A DNA stretch of 64,000 nucleotides from an uncultured Gammaproteobacteria bacterium (GTDB taxonomy: Bacteria; Patescibacteriota; Microgenomatia; Levybacterales; UBA12049), in contig CAZDOJ010000001.1 in assembly GCA_964507055.1 (NCBI GenBank), positions 977,313-1,041,312 of the forward strand, written 5' to 3'. Positions 20,378 through 30,951 of this stretch are shown here, one piece after another. Below the pieces are notes generated by a model. That model saw only the letters and a program-made list of their open reading frames with translations. It was not told where the DNA came from and ran no database searches. The stretch's first letter is position 1. Every line of letters begins with the position of its first letter. The position numbers and the translations under genes were made by a program.

Positions 20378-20850
20378 GTCTCAGTAAAATTATTATTATT
20401 TTTGTTATTATTCTAATCGCATTTGGCGGAGTGCTCTTTTATCAATTTAGCCAAGCGGGTGCTCCGACTTCAAAAGCGACTATTGGCGAACATACATTTA
20501 TGGTCTCGGTCGTACAGACTCCAGAAGATATGCAAAAAGGTCTTTCAGGAAGAAACTCATTACCACAAGACCAAGGTATGCTTTTTGTTTTTGAACAGCC
20601 AAGTGATCCAGCTTTTTGGATGAAGGATATGAAATTTTCACTCGATATGATTTTTATTAACAAAGACAAAATTGTTTCAATTGCAAAGAATGCAAAACCA
20701 GCAGAAGCAAATAACGAAAATCCGCCATTGTACTCAGCAGGTCAACAAGTGGATAAAGTCTTAGAAATTAACGGTGGACTTGCTGATAAATATCAACTAA
20801 AAGTTGGTGACACAATTAACCTCGAACTAAAAGAATCTTCCACGAAGTAA
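20374..20850 (+). CDS. DUF192-family secreted protein
   Basis: N-terminal TM/signal. Conserved DMIFI and WMKDM motifs characteristic of DUF192 (COG1430). Confidence 0.65.
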   Translation: MSLSKIIIIFVIILIAFGGVLFYQFSQAGAPTSKATIGEHTFMVSVVQTPEDMQKGLSGRNSLPQDQGMLFVFEQPSDPAFWMKDMKFSLDMIFINKDKIVSIAKNAKPAEANNENPPLYSAGQQVDKVLEINGGLADKYQLKVGDTINLELKESSTK

Positions 20851-21495
20851 GAAGTAAATGATTAGATAGTGCACAGGGTAGATGAGATAAAAAAGATACT
20901 GCATTTTAATCCCCTCTTTATGATTATAAAAATGAATAAATACGAGTGAAATGAGACCACAAAGCTGCACAATACCAAGAGTATTGCCTTGTGCGAGGAA
21001 GTAAAGTGACATTAAAAAGTAAATCCATATTTGTGAAATAAGTAATCCACGGTAGTTCTTAAAATATATATAAAATGCCACGATAGAAAGAACTCCAAAA
21101 CCTCCATAATCAGTATTTATTGCAGTCGCCAAAGCTGCAGCTACTGCTGTTACCAATACCCAATGAATTTTCATTGGAGTTTTCTTGATCAAAATTATTG
21201 CACCCAACCCAATACTTAGCGTAAAGAATATATTAAGTGTAAGTATATTTGGCTCAACCAATTGATTGACAAGCATATACGGAAACTGAGAAATAATTGC
21301 AAGCACTAGGAGCCGAAGAAAATATTTATTTATATTCTTTGTGTGGAATGCTCCATTAGCAATTAACCAAGCAAACAGTGGAAAAGATAATCTTCCAATA
21401 GCACGAAGTACATAACTTTCGGGGAAAAAGAATAAACCGATATGGTCTATCAGCATTGTAATAAGAGCAATAATTTTTATATGAAAGGCATTCAT
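20827..21495 (-). CDS. TraX-family membrane protein
   Basis: N-terminus FHIKIIALITMLIDHIG matches the TraX signature. Polytopic. Confidence 0.65.
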   Translation of the reverse strand: MNAFHIKIIALITMLIDHIGLFFFPESYVLRAIGRLSFPLFAWLIANGAFHTKNINKYFLRLLVLAIISQFPYMLVNQLVEPNILTLNIFFTLSIGLGAIILIKKTPMKIHWVLVTAVAAALATAINTDYGGFGVLSIVAFYIYFKNYRGLLISQIWIYFLMSLYFLAQGNTLGIVQLCGLISLVFIHFYNHKEGIKMQYLFYLIYPVHYLIIYFLLRGRFF

Positions 21496-21544
21496 TCCTT
21501 TATTATAGAGCTTTCAGTTACAAATGATATAATGAGTCGTAATT

Positions 21545-22555
21545 ATGAAAATATTAGGCATAGAATCGTCTTGTGATGAAACTTCTGCAGCAGTTCTTGA
21601 AGGGACAGGAAATAAACTTGTTCTTAAGTCCAACGTGGTAGCATCCTCTCTCGCAATGCATATACCTACTGGAGGAATTATCCCAGAAAATGCAGCACGA
21701 GAACAACTCAAATATATTCTTCCTGTTATTAACCAAGCAGTTGAAGAAGCAGAGACAAAACTTGAAGATATTGATGCAATTGCTGTGACCTATGGTCCGG
21801 GATTGATCGGATCACTCCTTGTTGGAGTGGAAACTGCAAAAACAATTGCCTATGTTTTACAGAAACCAATTATACCTATTAACCATATGGTTGGACATAT
21901 TTACGCAAATTTCATCGAAGAAGAGAACATTACGTTTCCGCTTCTTGCACTTGTTGTTTCAGGTGGACATACAGATCTGCTGTTGATGAAAAAGCATGGC
22001 CATTTCCAATTGCTTGGAGGAACACGAGATGATGCAGCAGGTGAAGCACTTGATAAAATCGGACGTTTAATTGATGTTGCATATCCTGCCGGACCGGTTA
22101 TAGAAAAACTTGCAAAAGAAGGCGATCCAGGAAGATTTCGATTCCCACGCCCGCTTGTAGGATCACCTGATTTCGATTTTTCATTTTCTGGATTAAAAAC
22201 TGCTGTACTTCGTGAGGTAAAATCGCTGGAAAAAATTGATGACCAAACAAGAAAAGATATTTCGCGTGGGACTCTCGATGCGATCATCGATATCCTTATC
22301 AAAAAAACATTGAAAGCAGCCGAGAAATATAATGTACAATCGATTATAGTATCCGGAGGAGTTGCGGCTAACCAAACTTTGCGAACATCTTTTGAAACAG
22401 AAATTGCAAAAAGAAGATCACAAGTAAATCTTTTTGTACCTCCACGAAAACTCTGCACAGATAATGCAGCAATGATTGCAGCTGCCGCATACTTTAATCC
22501 TGATGAAAAACCATTGAACGATATCACAGCAAATCCTGAACTTTATTTTGATTAA
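21545..22555 (+). CDS. tsaD: tRNA N6-adenosine threonylcarbamoyltransferase
   Basis: MKILGIESSCDETS N-terminus. His pair HMVGH for metal binding. ASKH-fold pattern. Confidence 0.9.
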   Translation: MKILGIESSCDETSAAVLEGTGNKLVLKSNVVASSLAMHIPTGGIIPENAAREQLKYILPVINQAVEEAETKLEDIDAIAVTYGPGLIGSLLVGVETAKTIAYVLQKPIIPINHMVGHIYANFIEEENITFPLLALVVSGGHTDLLLMKKHGHFQLLGGTRDDAAGEALDKIGRLIDVAYPAGPVIEKLAKEGDPGRFRFPRPLVGSPDFDFSFSGLKTAVLREVKSLEKIDDQTRKDISRGTLDAIIDILIKKTLKAAEKYNVQSIIVSGGVAANQTLRTSFETEIAKRRSQVNLFVPPRKLCTDNAAMIAAAAYFNPDEKPLNDITANPELYFD

Positions 22556-23144
22556 TATGTATCCTACGTACGAACAGATAGAAAAACTTCATAAGAAATA
22601 CGCACCTTCAGAAGAGCTTTATGAATTAGTGTTTACTCATTGCCAAATTGTTTGGGAAATTGCTGCACAGATTATCAAAGGTAAAAAACTTCCAGTGAAT
22701 GAAGAACTTGTTAAAGCGAGTGCATTACTCCATGACATCGGCACATACAAATTCATGCAGGAATTTAATGAAACTGGTACATCGAAATACTATCAACATG
22801 GACTTGAGGGCTATCAAATAGTAAAAGCTGAAGGATTGCCAGAAGAACTATGCTTGATACTCCTTCATCATATGCGACTGGGATTAACGAAAGATGCAGT
22901 TATATATGAACAGCTGGATCTTCCAGTTCAGGATTATTCTCCAACCACAATTGAGGAAAAATTGGTTATGTATGCGGATAAATTTCATTCAAAGAAACCT
23001 CAATTCAATTCATTTAAAGGTTATCGAAATTTCATTCAGCAATTTGGACAGGAACAAGTAGATAAATTTGACGCACTAGCACAAGAATTTGGAATACCAG
23101 ATTTAGAAAAATTAGCCTCAAGATATACGCATCCGATAAAATAA
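22548..23144 (+). CDS. HD-domain phosphohydrolase
   Basis: H...HD motif (LLHDIGTYKF) and downstream HH/D residues. Confidence 0.65.
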   Translation: MINMYPTYEQIEKLHKKYAPSEELYELVFTHCQIVWEIAAQIIKGKKLPVNEELVKASALLHDIGTYKFMQEFNETGTSKYYQHGLEGYQIVKAEGLPEELCLILLHHMRLGLTKDAVIYEQLDLPVQDYSPTTIEEKLVMYADKFHSKKPQFNSFKGYRNFIQQFGQEQVDKFDALAQEFGIPDLEKLASRYTHPIK

Positions 23145-23197
23145 CAATCTAGTACAAAATACATCTAGCAATATCAAACTAGTCTGTTATACTAGAG

Positions 23198-23842
23198 GTG
23201 AAAGTACATACGATGAAAATCCTGTCCTTGATCCTCACAAGCATTCTTATATTGATCCTTGCAACTCCAGCAACAGTCTCAGCTCAAGAAAAACGGAACT
23301 ATTCAAATCATATTCTTATAATGCAGCAAATTCTTTTATCTCACTCAACAACAGAACTATATAATACGAAAGTACTTGGATTACAAACAAAAGAAAAAAT
23401 AGTAAAGCCAACACCTGAAACAAAGCATAAAACAAAAACGGCAGAACAAACTCCATCAATCAAACAAGCAGTACAAGAAGCACCATCATCATCCGATGCA
23501 ATGACATATATTATCCAAGGAATTAATGCATATCGTGCAGCACAAGGATTGGGAGCTGTGAGAACAAGTGCGGAGACATGTGCATTTGCTGAGACGAGAG
23601 CTCAAGAAATTAATGGAAGTTTTTCACATGATGGATTCCAAAGCAGAGCAGATAATAAGTCTCTCCCATATAGTTCTTGGTCAGGTATAACAGAAAATAT
23701 TGCAATGACACCAGATTATAAAAGTGTTGTCGATATGTGGGCAAATTCACCTGGACATGCGGCAAATATGAGAGCAAATACACCATATGTTTGTGTCAGA
23801 CAAAATGGAAATTACTTTGCCTATGAAGGTATGAAACCATAA
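23198..23842 (+). CDS. secreted CAP/SCP (PR-1-like) domain protein
   Basis: Signal peptide. C-terminal NSPGHAANM resembles the CAP GHYTQ-type motif. Confidence 0.55.
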   Translation: MKVHTMKILSLILTSILILILATPATVSAQEKRNYSNHILIMQQILLSHSTTELYNTKVLGLQTKEKIVKPTPETKHKTKTAEQTPSIKQAVQEAPSSSDAMTYIIQGINAYRAAQGLGAVRTSAETCAFAETRAQEINGSFSHDGFQSRADNKSLPYSSWSGITENIAMTPDYKSVVDMWANSPGHAANMRANTPYVCVRQNGNYFAYEGMKP

Positions 23843-23879
23843 CTTCCCTTTTCAAAATTCTCCCTGTATAATCTGCTGT

Positions 23880-24860
23880 ATGTCGCCTCTTATTATTGAT
23901 GACCGAATCTATGGAAAAGTAACAATTACCAATTCACTCATCATCGATCTTATATATTCAAAGCCCTTTCAAAGGCTCAAGCATATCAATCAATCAGGTG
24001 CAGGAAATTATATTCAGACATATAGGGATGTTACTCGCTATGAACATTGTATAGGAGCATGGTATCTTTCCAATAAATTTAATCGACCAATAGAAGAACA
24101 AGTCGCATCCCTCCTGCATGATATTCCCCATACTGCATTCTCACACGTGATTGATTATGTAGTCCATGATAAAAAATATGAATATCATGATCACTTTTAT
24201 AAAAAGATTATCTTGAATTCTGAGATCCCACAGATCTTAGCAAACCATAACACTTCTCTAGAAAAAGTATTAGCGAAAGATGCCTTTCCACTTCTTAATA
24301 ATGACCTGCCAGATATCTCATTCGATCGGTGGGATTATTTTATGCGGGACGGATTTTCGTGTCATTTATTGCCAAAAGAAACAATAGATCTTTTTCTTGA
24401 AAAGATCAAAGAACGCAACGAAAAGTTTTATTTTGATGATGTAAAAATTGCCAGCTTATTCGCAATTATGTTTATGAACGCATCAAGATTACTTTGGCTC
24501 GATCCGACTTCTCATGGTGCATTTTTTCTACTTTCGGAGGCAATAAGGATTGGTCTCGATAAGAGATATATTACCCATGAAGATTTTTTTACAACAGATG
24601 CAGTACTTCTTGAAAAATTAAAAGAGACAAATGACCAAGATATACTTCATTATATTGAGCGATTAAAGCCAGGTAAAGAATTCCACTTTGCTCCCAAAGA
24701 AAAAGCTCAATTCTCTGGACCCAATAAACCACGATTCGTTGACCCTTGGGTTTTGCTTGATGATAAACTGGTACTACTTTCAAGTGTCATTCCGGGATTG
24801 CATGAGTATCATATGGAATTCAAAGAACGCTACTCATACGAAGCTGTTTCCCAATCGTGA
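23880..24860 (+). CDS. HD-superfamily hydrolase
   Basis: LLHDIPHTAFSH motif and downstream D residues. Confidence 0.6.
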   Translation: MSPLIIDDRIYGKVTITNSLIIDLIYSKPFQRLKHINQSGAGNYIQTYRDVTRYEHCIGAWYLSNKFNRPIEEQVASLLHDIPHTAFSHVIDYVVHDKKYEYHDHFYKKIILNSEIPQILANHNTSLEKVLAKDAFPLLNNDLPDISFDRWDYFMRDGFSCHLLPKETIDLFLEKIKERNEKFYFDDVKIASLFAIMFMNASRLLWLDPTSHGAFFLLSEAIRIGLDKRYITHEDFFTTDAVLLEKLKETNDQDILHYIERLKPGKEFHFAPKEKAQFSGPNKPRFVDPWVLLDDKLVLLSSVIPGLHEYHMEFKERYSYEAVSQS

Positions 24861-24872
24861 TACAATAACCCT

Positions 24873-25904
24873 ATGCAAGATCTGTCCATCATCCTTACTG
24901 TCATTATCCTCGGATTTGTCGGTTTATTCTTTTTCATTAATAAAAAACTCTCGTCACAAAAACCACAAACTGATCAAGCACTTGTTGAATGGCTAAAAAC
25001 AATGCAGACATCACTTGAAGTGACAAATAGAACGCTCAATGAATCAATGCATTCAAATTCTACAACCATGGTACGAACACTTCAGGAAAATTCAAAACAA
25101 CTAAATGAGCGTTTAGATAAGGCTGCAGAGGTTATTCGCGATGTAGGAAAAGAAGTCGGACAGATGAGTGAGATTGGACGCAGTATGAAAGAATTGCAGG
25201 ATTTTTTGAAGAGCCCAAAACTACGCGGAAACATTGGGGAGCAAGTATTAAAAGACCTTATCACGCAAGTATTTCCAAAGAATAGTTTTCATTTACAATA
25301 TCAATTCAAATCTGGAGAAAAGGTTGATGCCGCAATTCAAACCGATGCAGGGATACTTCCGATAGATTCTAAATTTCCTATGGAGAATTTTCAAAAATCG
25401 GTAAAAGCTGAAAATGAAGCAGATAAAAAAGCTTATCATAAAGAGTTTGCACGAGACATAAAAAAGCACATTGATGCTATCGCCAAGAAATATATCTTGC
25501 CTGAAGAAGGTACTATGGATTTCGCGTTAATGTATGTGCCAAGCGAAAGTGTTTTTTATGATATTGTCATGATGGATGAGATCATCGATTACGCGAGAAC
25601 AAAGCGGGTTTATATCGTTTCTCCTGGAACTTTATATGCACATTTGCAAACAATTCTACTTTCGTACGAGGGCAAAAAGATAGAGGAACAATCGCGACAG
25701 GTTTTGCGTTTACTCCGAGGCCTTCAAGTTGATTACGATAAAGTAAATGATTCGATGGATGTTTTGGGAAAGCACTTAAATAATGCCTCAAACCAATATG
25801 TTAACGTTAATAAAGGCTTTATGGGCTTTGGGCAAAAATTATCAAGTGTAAAACATTTAAATACATCTGTCCAAAAAGAGATTTCTAAGGAATTGGATGA
25901 ATAG
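24873..25904 (+). CDS. rmuC: DNA recombination protein RmuC
   Basis: N-terminal TM then coiled coil. Conserved RmuC C-terminal segment (ILPIDSKFPMENF ... MYVPSESVFYD). Confidence 0.75.
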   Translation: MQDLSIILTVIILGFVGLFFFINKKLSSQKPQTDQALVEWLKTMQTSLEVTNRTLNESMHSNSTTMVRTLQENSKQLNERLDKAAEVIRDVGKEVGQMSEIGRSMKELQDFLKSPKLRGNIGEQVLKDLITQVFPKNSFHLQYQFKSGEKVDAAIQTDAGILPIDSKFPMENFQKSVKAENEADKKAYHKEFARDIKKHIDAIAKKYILPEEGTMDFALMYVPSESVFYDIVMMDEIIDYARTKRVYIVSPGTLYAHLQTILLSYEGKKIEEQSRQVLRLLRGLQVDYDKVNDSMDVLGKHLNNASNQYVNVNKGFMGFGQKLSSVKHLNTSVQKEISKELDE

Positions 25905-25927
25905 TTCTTGTATTTTATATTTTTTCT

Positions 25928-26308
25928 TTGTACACTAAACTTATTATGAATTTCGCATCAATTGCTCCAAGACCAGTCTATCGATCAATGAGCCGCCCTG
26001 TTAAAGTTTCCCCTAATGGAAATATGTACAAGATCGCAGTTGCGAGGAATGATGCCTCCGGAAATACGATTCAAAACCATGAAATCTGGATGACTAAAGA
26101 AGCAGTCCAAAAGCACTTTGGGGGTATGACAGAAGACCCAAAAAATTATCAATTGATGCAGTTTGCGAAACACGTTTACGATAAACAACTACTCACTGCC
26201 AATGGTAAACTTCCGCATAATGGAATTCTTGTTACAAGCAACAGTACTATGCATGGGAATACGAAGCTTTGGCCAAGTACGCTAGTTCATCCTGAAATCA
26301 AATACTAA
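25928..26308 (+). CDS. hypothetical protein
   Basis: 126-aa ORF with no recognisable motif. Confidence 0.35.
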   Translation: MYTKLIMNFASIAPRPVYRSMSRPVKVSPNGNMYKIAVARNDASGNTIQNHEIWMTKEAVQKHFGGMTEDPKNYQLMQFAKHVYDKQLLTANGKLPHNGILVTSNSTMHGNTKLWPSTLVHPEIKY

Positions 26309-26627
26309 ATTCTTCAAGAATAAATTGACCCATTGGACCAAATGCTTCAATTTCCGACCCTTCATGTAAAGAAAATAATTCTCTCTTGAAGCTACTTTTT
26401 CCCTCTTTTATCGAAAGCATAATAAATTGTTCACTTGGCGATGATGCAATTGAAAAATATCTGGCAGTCCCTCTTTCATCTGACGTATGGGGAAGTAGTA
26501 GTTGGAGGTATTGCCCAGCAGAATGCATTAAACTTTGATTTGCAGAGAAATAGAACGCACAAATGTTAGGTTTTAAATACTGTTTTTTCATTAATGTTAG
26601 TCTATATTTTTTAACTGAAAAACTCAT
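26298..26627 (-). CDS. hypothetical protein
   Basis: 109-aa ORF, convergent with the upstream gene. Confidence 0.35.
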   Translation of the reverse strand: MSFSVKKYRLTLMKKQYLKPNICAFYFSANQSLMHSAGQYLQLLLPHTSDERGTARYFSIASSPSEQFIMLSIKEGKSSFKRELFSLHEGSEIEAFGPMGQFILEEFSI

Positions 26628-26677
26628 AGCACCATTATAATCGATTTTTATTTTGCAATCTTTGGAAATATGCTAGA

Positions 26678-29605
26678 ATGTGCTCTATGCCCGATATCTC
26701 CTCTTTAAATCCTGAGCAACAAAAGGCTGTAATGCATGGCGAGGGACCTTTACTTATTATTGCCGGTGCTGGTACCGGTAAAACCACTGTTGTCACAAAA
26801 CGAATTGAACATCTGATCATTGATAAGAATATCCCACCATCAAATATCCTTGCTTTAACATTTACCGAAAAAGCTGCACAAGAAATGGAGACTCGTATTG
26901 ACGAGATCCTTCCGTACGGATACACAACACTTTGGATTGAAACCTTTCATGCTTTTTGTGATCGTATTCTTAGACAAGAAGCGGTTCATATCGGGCTGAC
27001 TCCTTCTTTCACTTTATTAACAGAAGCAGAATGCCTTCTTTTTCTAAGAAAACATTTATTCGAATTTAATCTCGAATATTTCAGGCCGCTTGGGAATCCG
27101 ATGAAATTTCTTCAAGGAATGCTAACGCACTTTAGTAGACTACGTGATGACGATATAACCCCTGAACAATATTTATCTTATGCAAAAAAACTTGAGCAAA
27201 AACAAACAACCGATGATGATCCAATAGATATTAAGAAAACGCTTGAACTAGCAAATGCTTTTGCTAAGTACGAAGAATTAAAAGCCAAAGAAGGAGTTAT
27301 GGATTATTCAAATTTAATTTCTAATACATTAAAACTCTTTCGTGAACGGCCTACAATATTAAAAAAGTATCAAGATCAATTCCAGTATGTTTTCGTTGAT
27401 GAATTCCAAGATACGAATTTCGCACAAAATGAAATGGCAATACTTCTTGCTGGGACTCGGCAAAATATAACAGTCGTTGGAGATGATGATCAGAGTATTT
27501 ATCGTTGGCGTGGTGCAGCAATTGCAAACATGATGCAATTTCGCCAGCATTTTCCAAAAGCCGAAATAATAGCCTTAACAAAAAATTACCGCTCGACAAA
27601 AAGAATTCTCGATGGAGCATATACACTCATCCAAAATAATAATCCTGATCGATTAGAAGTGAAAGAGAATATCGATAAACGACTTGAAGGAATGCGTGGA
27701 ATTGATGGGGATGAAATTACTTTTATATTAGAAAATAACGGGGATGAAGAAGCCGAGGCAGTCGCAAAAGCTATACAAAAAGAAGTCAAAAAAACGAAAA
27801 GACCATATAATGAAATTGCAATTCTTGTCAGAGCAAACGACCATGCGACTCCATTTCAACGATCGCTTGATCGATTAAAAATTCCATTTCAATTCCTTGG
27901 TCCCGGACATCTCTATGAACAAAATGAGATAAAGGATCTTATCGCTTATTTACATGTATTGGCAGATTTTGAAGATACTGGATCTCTTTATCGAGTACTT
28001 ACTATGCCGATCTTTGGACTGCAAGCAAGGGATATTGCAGCAATACTTAATTTCTCCAAACGTGGAAATATGACATTATTTGAAGCGATGGAACGAGTCG
28101 AGGAAACGATGCTGACAGAAGAAGGAAAAGAAAAAATTCTTCAGATCATAAAAATGATTAAAAAGCATCTTGAGCAAGTTCCTCAGGAGCAAGCCGGACA
28201 AATTTTGTATCACTTCTTTGAAGATTCAGGACTTCTTGGGCACTATCTTGATCCTGGTTCGATGCGTACAGAAAAAGAGGCACAGAATGTTGCGAAATTC
28301 TTTGAGAAACTTCAAGGCTTTGCAAATAATAAAACCGATGCGTCAGTTTTTGCGGTCGTAGATTGGATTGATCTCTCAATGGAGCTAGGAGAAAGTCCTA
28401 TGGCAGCTGAGGTTGATTGGACAAAAAATAATGCAGTAAATATTCTCACAATTCACTCAAGTAAAGGTTTGGAATTCCCTGTCGTTTTTGTTGTGAATCT
28501 CGTCACGCAACGATTTCCAAGTCGAGATAGAAAAGAACAAATTCCTGTTCCACCGGACATTATTCGAGAGACACTACCTGAAGGAGATGAAGGCTTACAG
28601 GAAGAGCGACGATTGTTTTATGTAGCAATAACGCGTGCACAAGAAAAATTATTTCTTACAGCTGCAAGGTTTTATAACGAAGGAAAAAGAGAACGAAAGA
28701 TTTCTCCATTTGTCATGGAAACACTCGGCGATGCTTTTGTACAAAACACTATGAAAAAACAAGCAGCTGAACCAATCGGACAACAGCTTTCATTACTTGA
28801 AGTCTTTAATGCCAATATCACAGAGAAACCTGTGGATGAAATAAAGAAACCAGAACCAATCGATATCACCTACATTTCATATTCTCAATTACAGACATTT
28901 GGGATGTGTCCTTTGCATTATAAATTACGTTATTTACTGAATCTTCCATCTCCCACGTCCCCTGCTTTGAGTTATGGAGTTAGTGTTCATGGAGCACTAA
29001 GGGATTTCTTTATGGAGATGAAACAAGGTACAAATGTCTCACAAGAAACAGTAAAAGAACTTTTAAAGAAGAACTGGATTGCTCAGGGATATGCAAGTAA
29101 ACAGCATGAACAACAAACATATCAACAGGCAGAAACTATGCTTCAGGACTACAGCAGTAAAATTGTTACAAACAAGCCCAATACAATTGCGATTGAAACG
29201 CCTTTCAATTTCTGGCTTGGCAAACTAAAAGTTGGAGGAAGAATTGATAGAATCGATCAATTACCTGATGGCCGAATAGAAATCATTGATTATAAAACCG
29301 GTAAGAATGTTCCGACAGAGAAAAAAGTGCAGGAAGATTTACAGCTGTCGATATATGCTTTAGCTGCAACAGAAGTTCATGATAGTATTTTGGGGAAAAC
29401 ACCAGATGAAGTTGTCTTAACGCTCCACTATCTAGAAGATGATATAAAGCTTTCAACAACAAGATCGAAAGACGCATTACTTTTTGCGAAAGAGCAAATT
29501 CTCCAAAAAGTAGATGAAATAAGTAAAAGCTCATTCCATTGTAGTGCAACTATGCAATGCAAAAATTGCGAATATAAAATGCTCTGTCAAAATAGTAAAG
29601 CATAA
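26678..29605 (+). CDS. UvrD/PcrA-family SF1 helicase fused to a C-terminal Cas4/AddB-like PD-(D/E)XK nuclease with 4-Cys Fe-S cluster
   Basis: Walker A AGAGTGKT. Motif II VFVDEFQDT. Motif VI ...VAITRAQEKLFL. C-terminal nuclease region: C at GMCPLHY, DRIDQL...IIDYKTGK, and a CSATMQCKNCEYKMLC cluster. Confidence 0.8.
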   Translation: MCSMPDISSLNPEQQKAVMHGEGPLLIIAGAGTGKTTVVTKRIEHLIIDKNIPPSNILALTFTEKAAQEMETRIDEILPYGYTTLWIETFHAFCDRILRQEAVHIGLTPSFTLLTEAECLLFLRKHLFEFNLEYFRPLGNPMKFLQGMLTHFSRLRDDDITPEQYLSYAKKLEQKQTTDDDPIDIKKTLELANAFAKYEELKAKEGVMDYSNLISNTLKLFRERPTILKKYQDQFQYVFVDEFQDTNFAQNEMAILLAGTRQNITVVGDDDQSIYRWRGAAIANMMQFRQHFPKAEIIALTKNYRSTKRILDGAYTLIQNNNPDRLEVKENIDKRLEGMRGIDGDEITFILENNGDEEAEAVAKAIQKEVKKTKRPYNEIAILVRANDHATPFQRSLDRLKIPFQFLGPGHLYEQNEIKDLIAYLHVLADFEDTGSLYRVLTMPIFGLQARDIAAILNFSKRGNMTLFEAMERVEETMLTEEGKEKILQIIKMIKKHLEQVPQEQAGQILYHFFEDSGLLGHYLDPGSMRTEKEAQNVAKFFEKLQGFANNKTDASVFAVVDWIDLSMELGESPMAAEVDWTKNNAVNILTIHSSKGLEFPVVFVVNLVTQRFPSRDRKEQIPVPPDIIRETLPEGDEGLQEERRLFYVAITRAQEKLFLTAARFYNEGKRERKISPFVMETLGDAFVQNTMKKQAAEPIGQQLSLLEVFNANITEKPVDEIKKPEPIDITYISYSQLQTFGMCPLHYKLRYLLNLPSPTSPALSYGVSVHGALRDFFMEMKQGTNVSQETVKELLKKNWIAQGYASKQHEQQTYQQAETMLQDYSSKIVTNKPNTIAIETPFNFWLGKLKVGGRIDRIDQLPDGRIEIIDYKTGKNVPTEKKVQEDLQLSIYALAATEVHDSILGKTPDEVVLTLHYLEDDIKLSTTRSKDALLFAKEQILQKVDEISKSSFHCSATMQCKNCEYKMLCQNSKA

Positions 29606-29651
29606 AAGCCCCCTACTTGAAAAATAACCCCAAGTAAGCCAGTATAGAAGT

Positions 29652-30440
29652 GTGGGTATAAAAAAATTAATACATATTTGGGACCATAAAGCCTGGCAAC
29701 GCGGTAAAGTAGATACAGGTACGATGTACATTATCGTCATCTTACTCATCCTCTTTGGCATTGCATATCTTGTGACTGGTCCTTCCCCGACGCAATCAAC
29801 TGTTAATACTGGTACCGAAGTAGTTATTGGGGAAGCACAATCGGAAGATGCTAAGGCTCGATTACAGTTATATACATTTGCGGCAGCGACAATTACGCCG
29901 CCGGCATCATCTGTTTGTTCCAAAGGCGGTATCAATACAAGACCTGAAATTCTTGTGTATAGTACCCCTAAAAACGGCGAAGCAATAAGTATAGATGGGC
30001 AGATAAAGGTTTGGGCAAATGATACTGCACCTCTGCTTATTGCACCAGGAGAAAGGATCACAAGAAATTCCGGAGCAATCATCGCACCAGGTGATCGTGC
30101 AGCAAAAGCACCTGATGGCTATATCTGGGCCCCTGCTTTATATATATTTCCACAAACAGTAGACGCTGGAGGACAACCATATTTTCCTTCAAGTATTCGA
30201 GGAGATTACAATAATGGCACGATACGATTGGCTTTTGGAATAGAACGTCTACCCGCAAGTATTCAACTACAAAATCGCTATACTGCACAATATATATGGA
30301 ATGTTAAAGATCTAGGACTTCAACCTGGTTCATATCAGTTACAATTTGTAATTCATGATGGAGGGACAGGTCGTGCAGTTAAATGTATAAGTATGCGAGT
30401 TTACGAGAATCCTGATAAACGCTGGACAATCCCCGACTAA
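29652..30440 (+). CDS. membrane-anchored extracytoplasmic hypothetical protein
   Basis: Single N-terminal TM (MYIIVILLILFGIAYLV), then a 230-aa domain of unknown type. Confidence 0.45.
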   Translation: MGIKKLIHIWDHKAWQRGKVDTGTMYIIVILLILFGIAYLVTGPSPTQSTVNTGTEVVIGEAQSEDAKARLQLYTFAAATITPPASSVCSKGGINTRPEILVYSTPKNGEAISIDGQIKVWANDTAPLLIAPGERITRNSGAIIAPGDRAAKAPDGYIWAPALYIFPQTVDAGGQPYFPSSIRGDYNNGTIRLAFGIERLPASIQLQNRYTAQYIWNVKDLGLQPGSYQLQFVIHDGGTGRAVKCISMRVYENPDKRWTIPD

Positions 30441-30469
30441 TTTGCCTTTCATATTGCTATAGGGTAAAA

Positions 30470-30820
30470 TATCCATATCCTGGGAAGAAGGATCGTTACC
30501 TTGATGTATTTCAGGGAGGAAAGTCCAGACAACAGTATGCAGGGGATGGAGTGTAAGCTCCGACTGGTAAGCTCTGAGTAATCAGAGTGAACAGCTGGTA
30601 TCCAAACATTTTGCTCACGAAAGGTGTTTGGAGCAGATTCTGAATTGACAGAATTTGAGAGCAGCAGAGACGAGTGAGTATGAAACGGGCAATCCCACCT
30701 GTTGCAACTTCCGAATGATATGTAGCCCCGCTTTGCGGGACGAGAGGTGCATACCCGAGTATCGAAGCGAAGGCACTTGCCGCATAGGCAGGCTTGATGA
30801 ATAAATATCATCACAGAGAA
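30470..30820 (+). ncRNA. rnpB: RNase P RNA (bacterial type-A-like)
   Basis: A 500-nt ORF-free, locally GC-richer stretch contains GGAGGAAAGTCCAGACAACAGTATGCAGGGG. This matches the universal CR-I box (GGAGGAAAGUCCGGGCUCCAUAGGGCAGGG). A P3-like hairpin AAGG-ATCGTTA-CCTT lies just upstream. The 3' region CATAGGCAGGCTTGAT resembles CR-V ACAGAAnCCGGCUUAU. Confidence 0.55.
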
Positions 30821-30951
30821 AAATTACGATCACGAACAGAATCTGGCTTACTCTCTTCCTAGGATATTTTATATGCGACAACAAAGTTCCAATTTTGGAA
30901 TGTAAGGATATCAGCTTTCTAGAAACTATTGAAAATAGTTCTGTAAAACTC

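Noticed and set aside
30449-30884. Two overlapping minus-strand ORFs (121 and 89 aa) in the track
   Set aside because: They lie antisense across the RNase P RNA candidate. They have odd composition and no start context.
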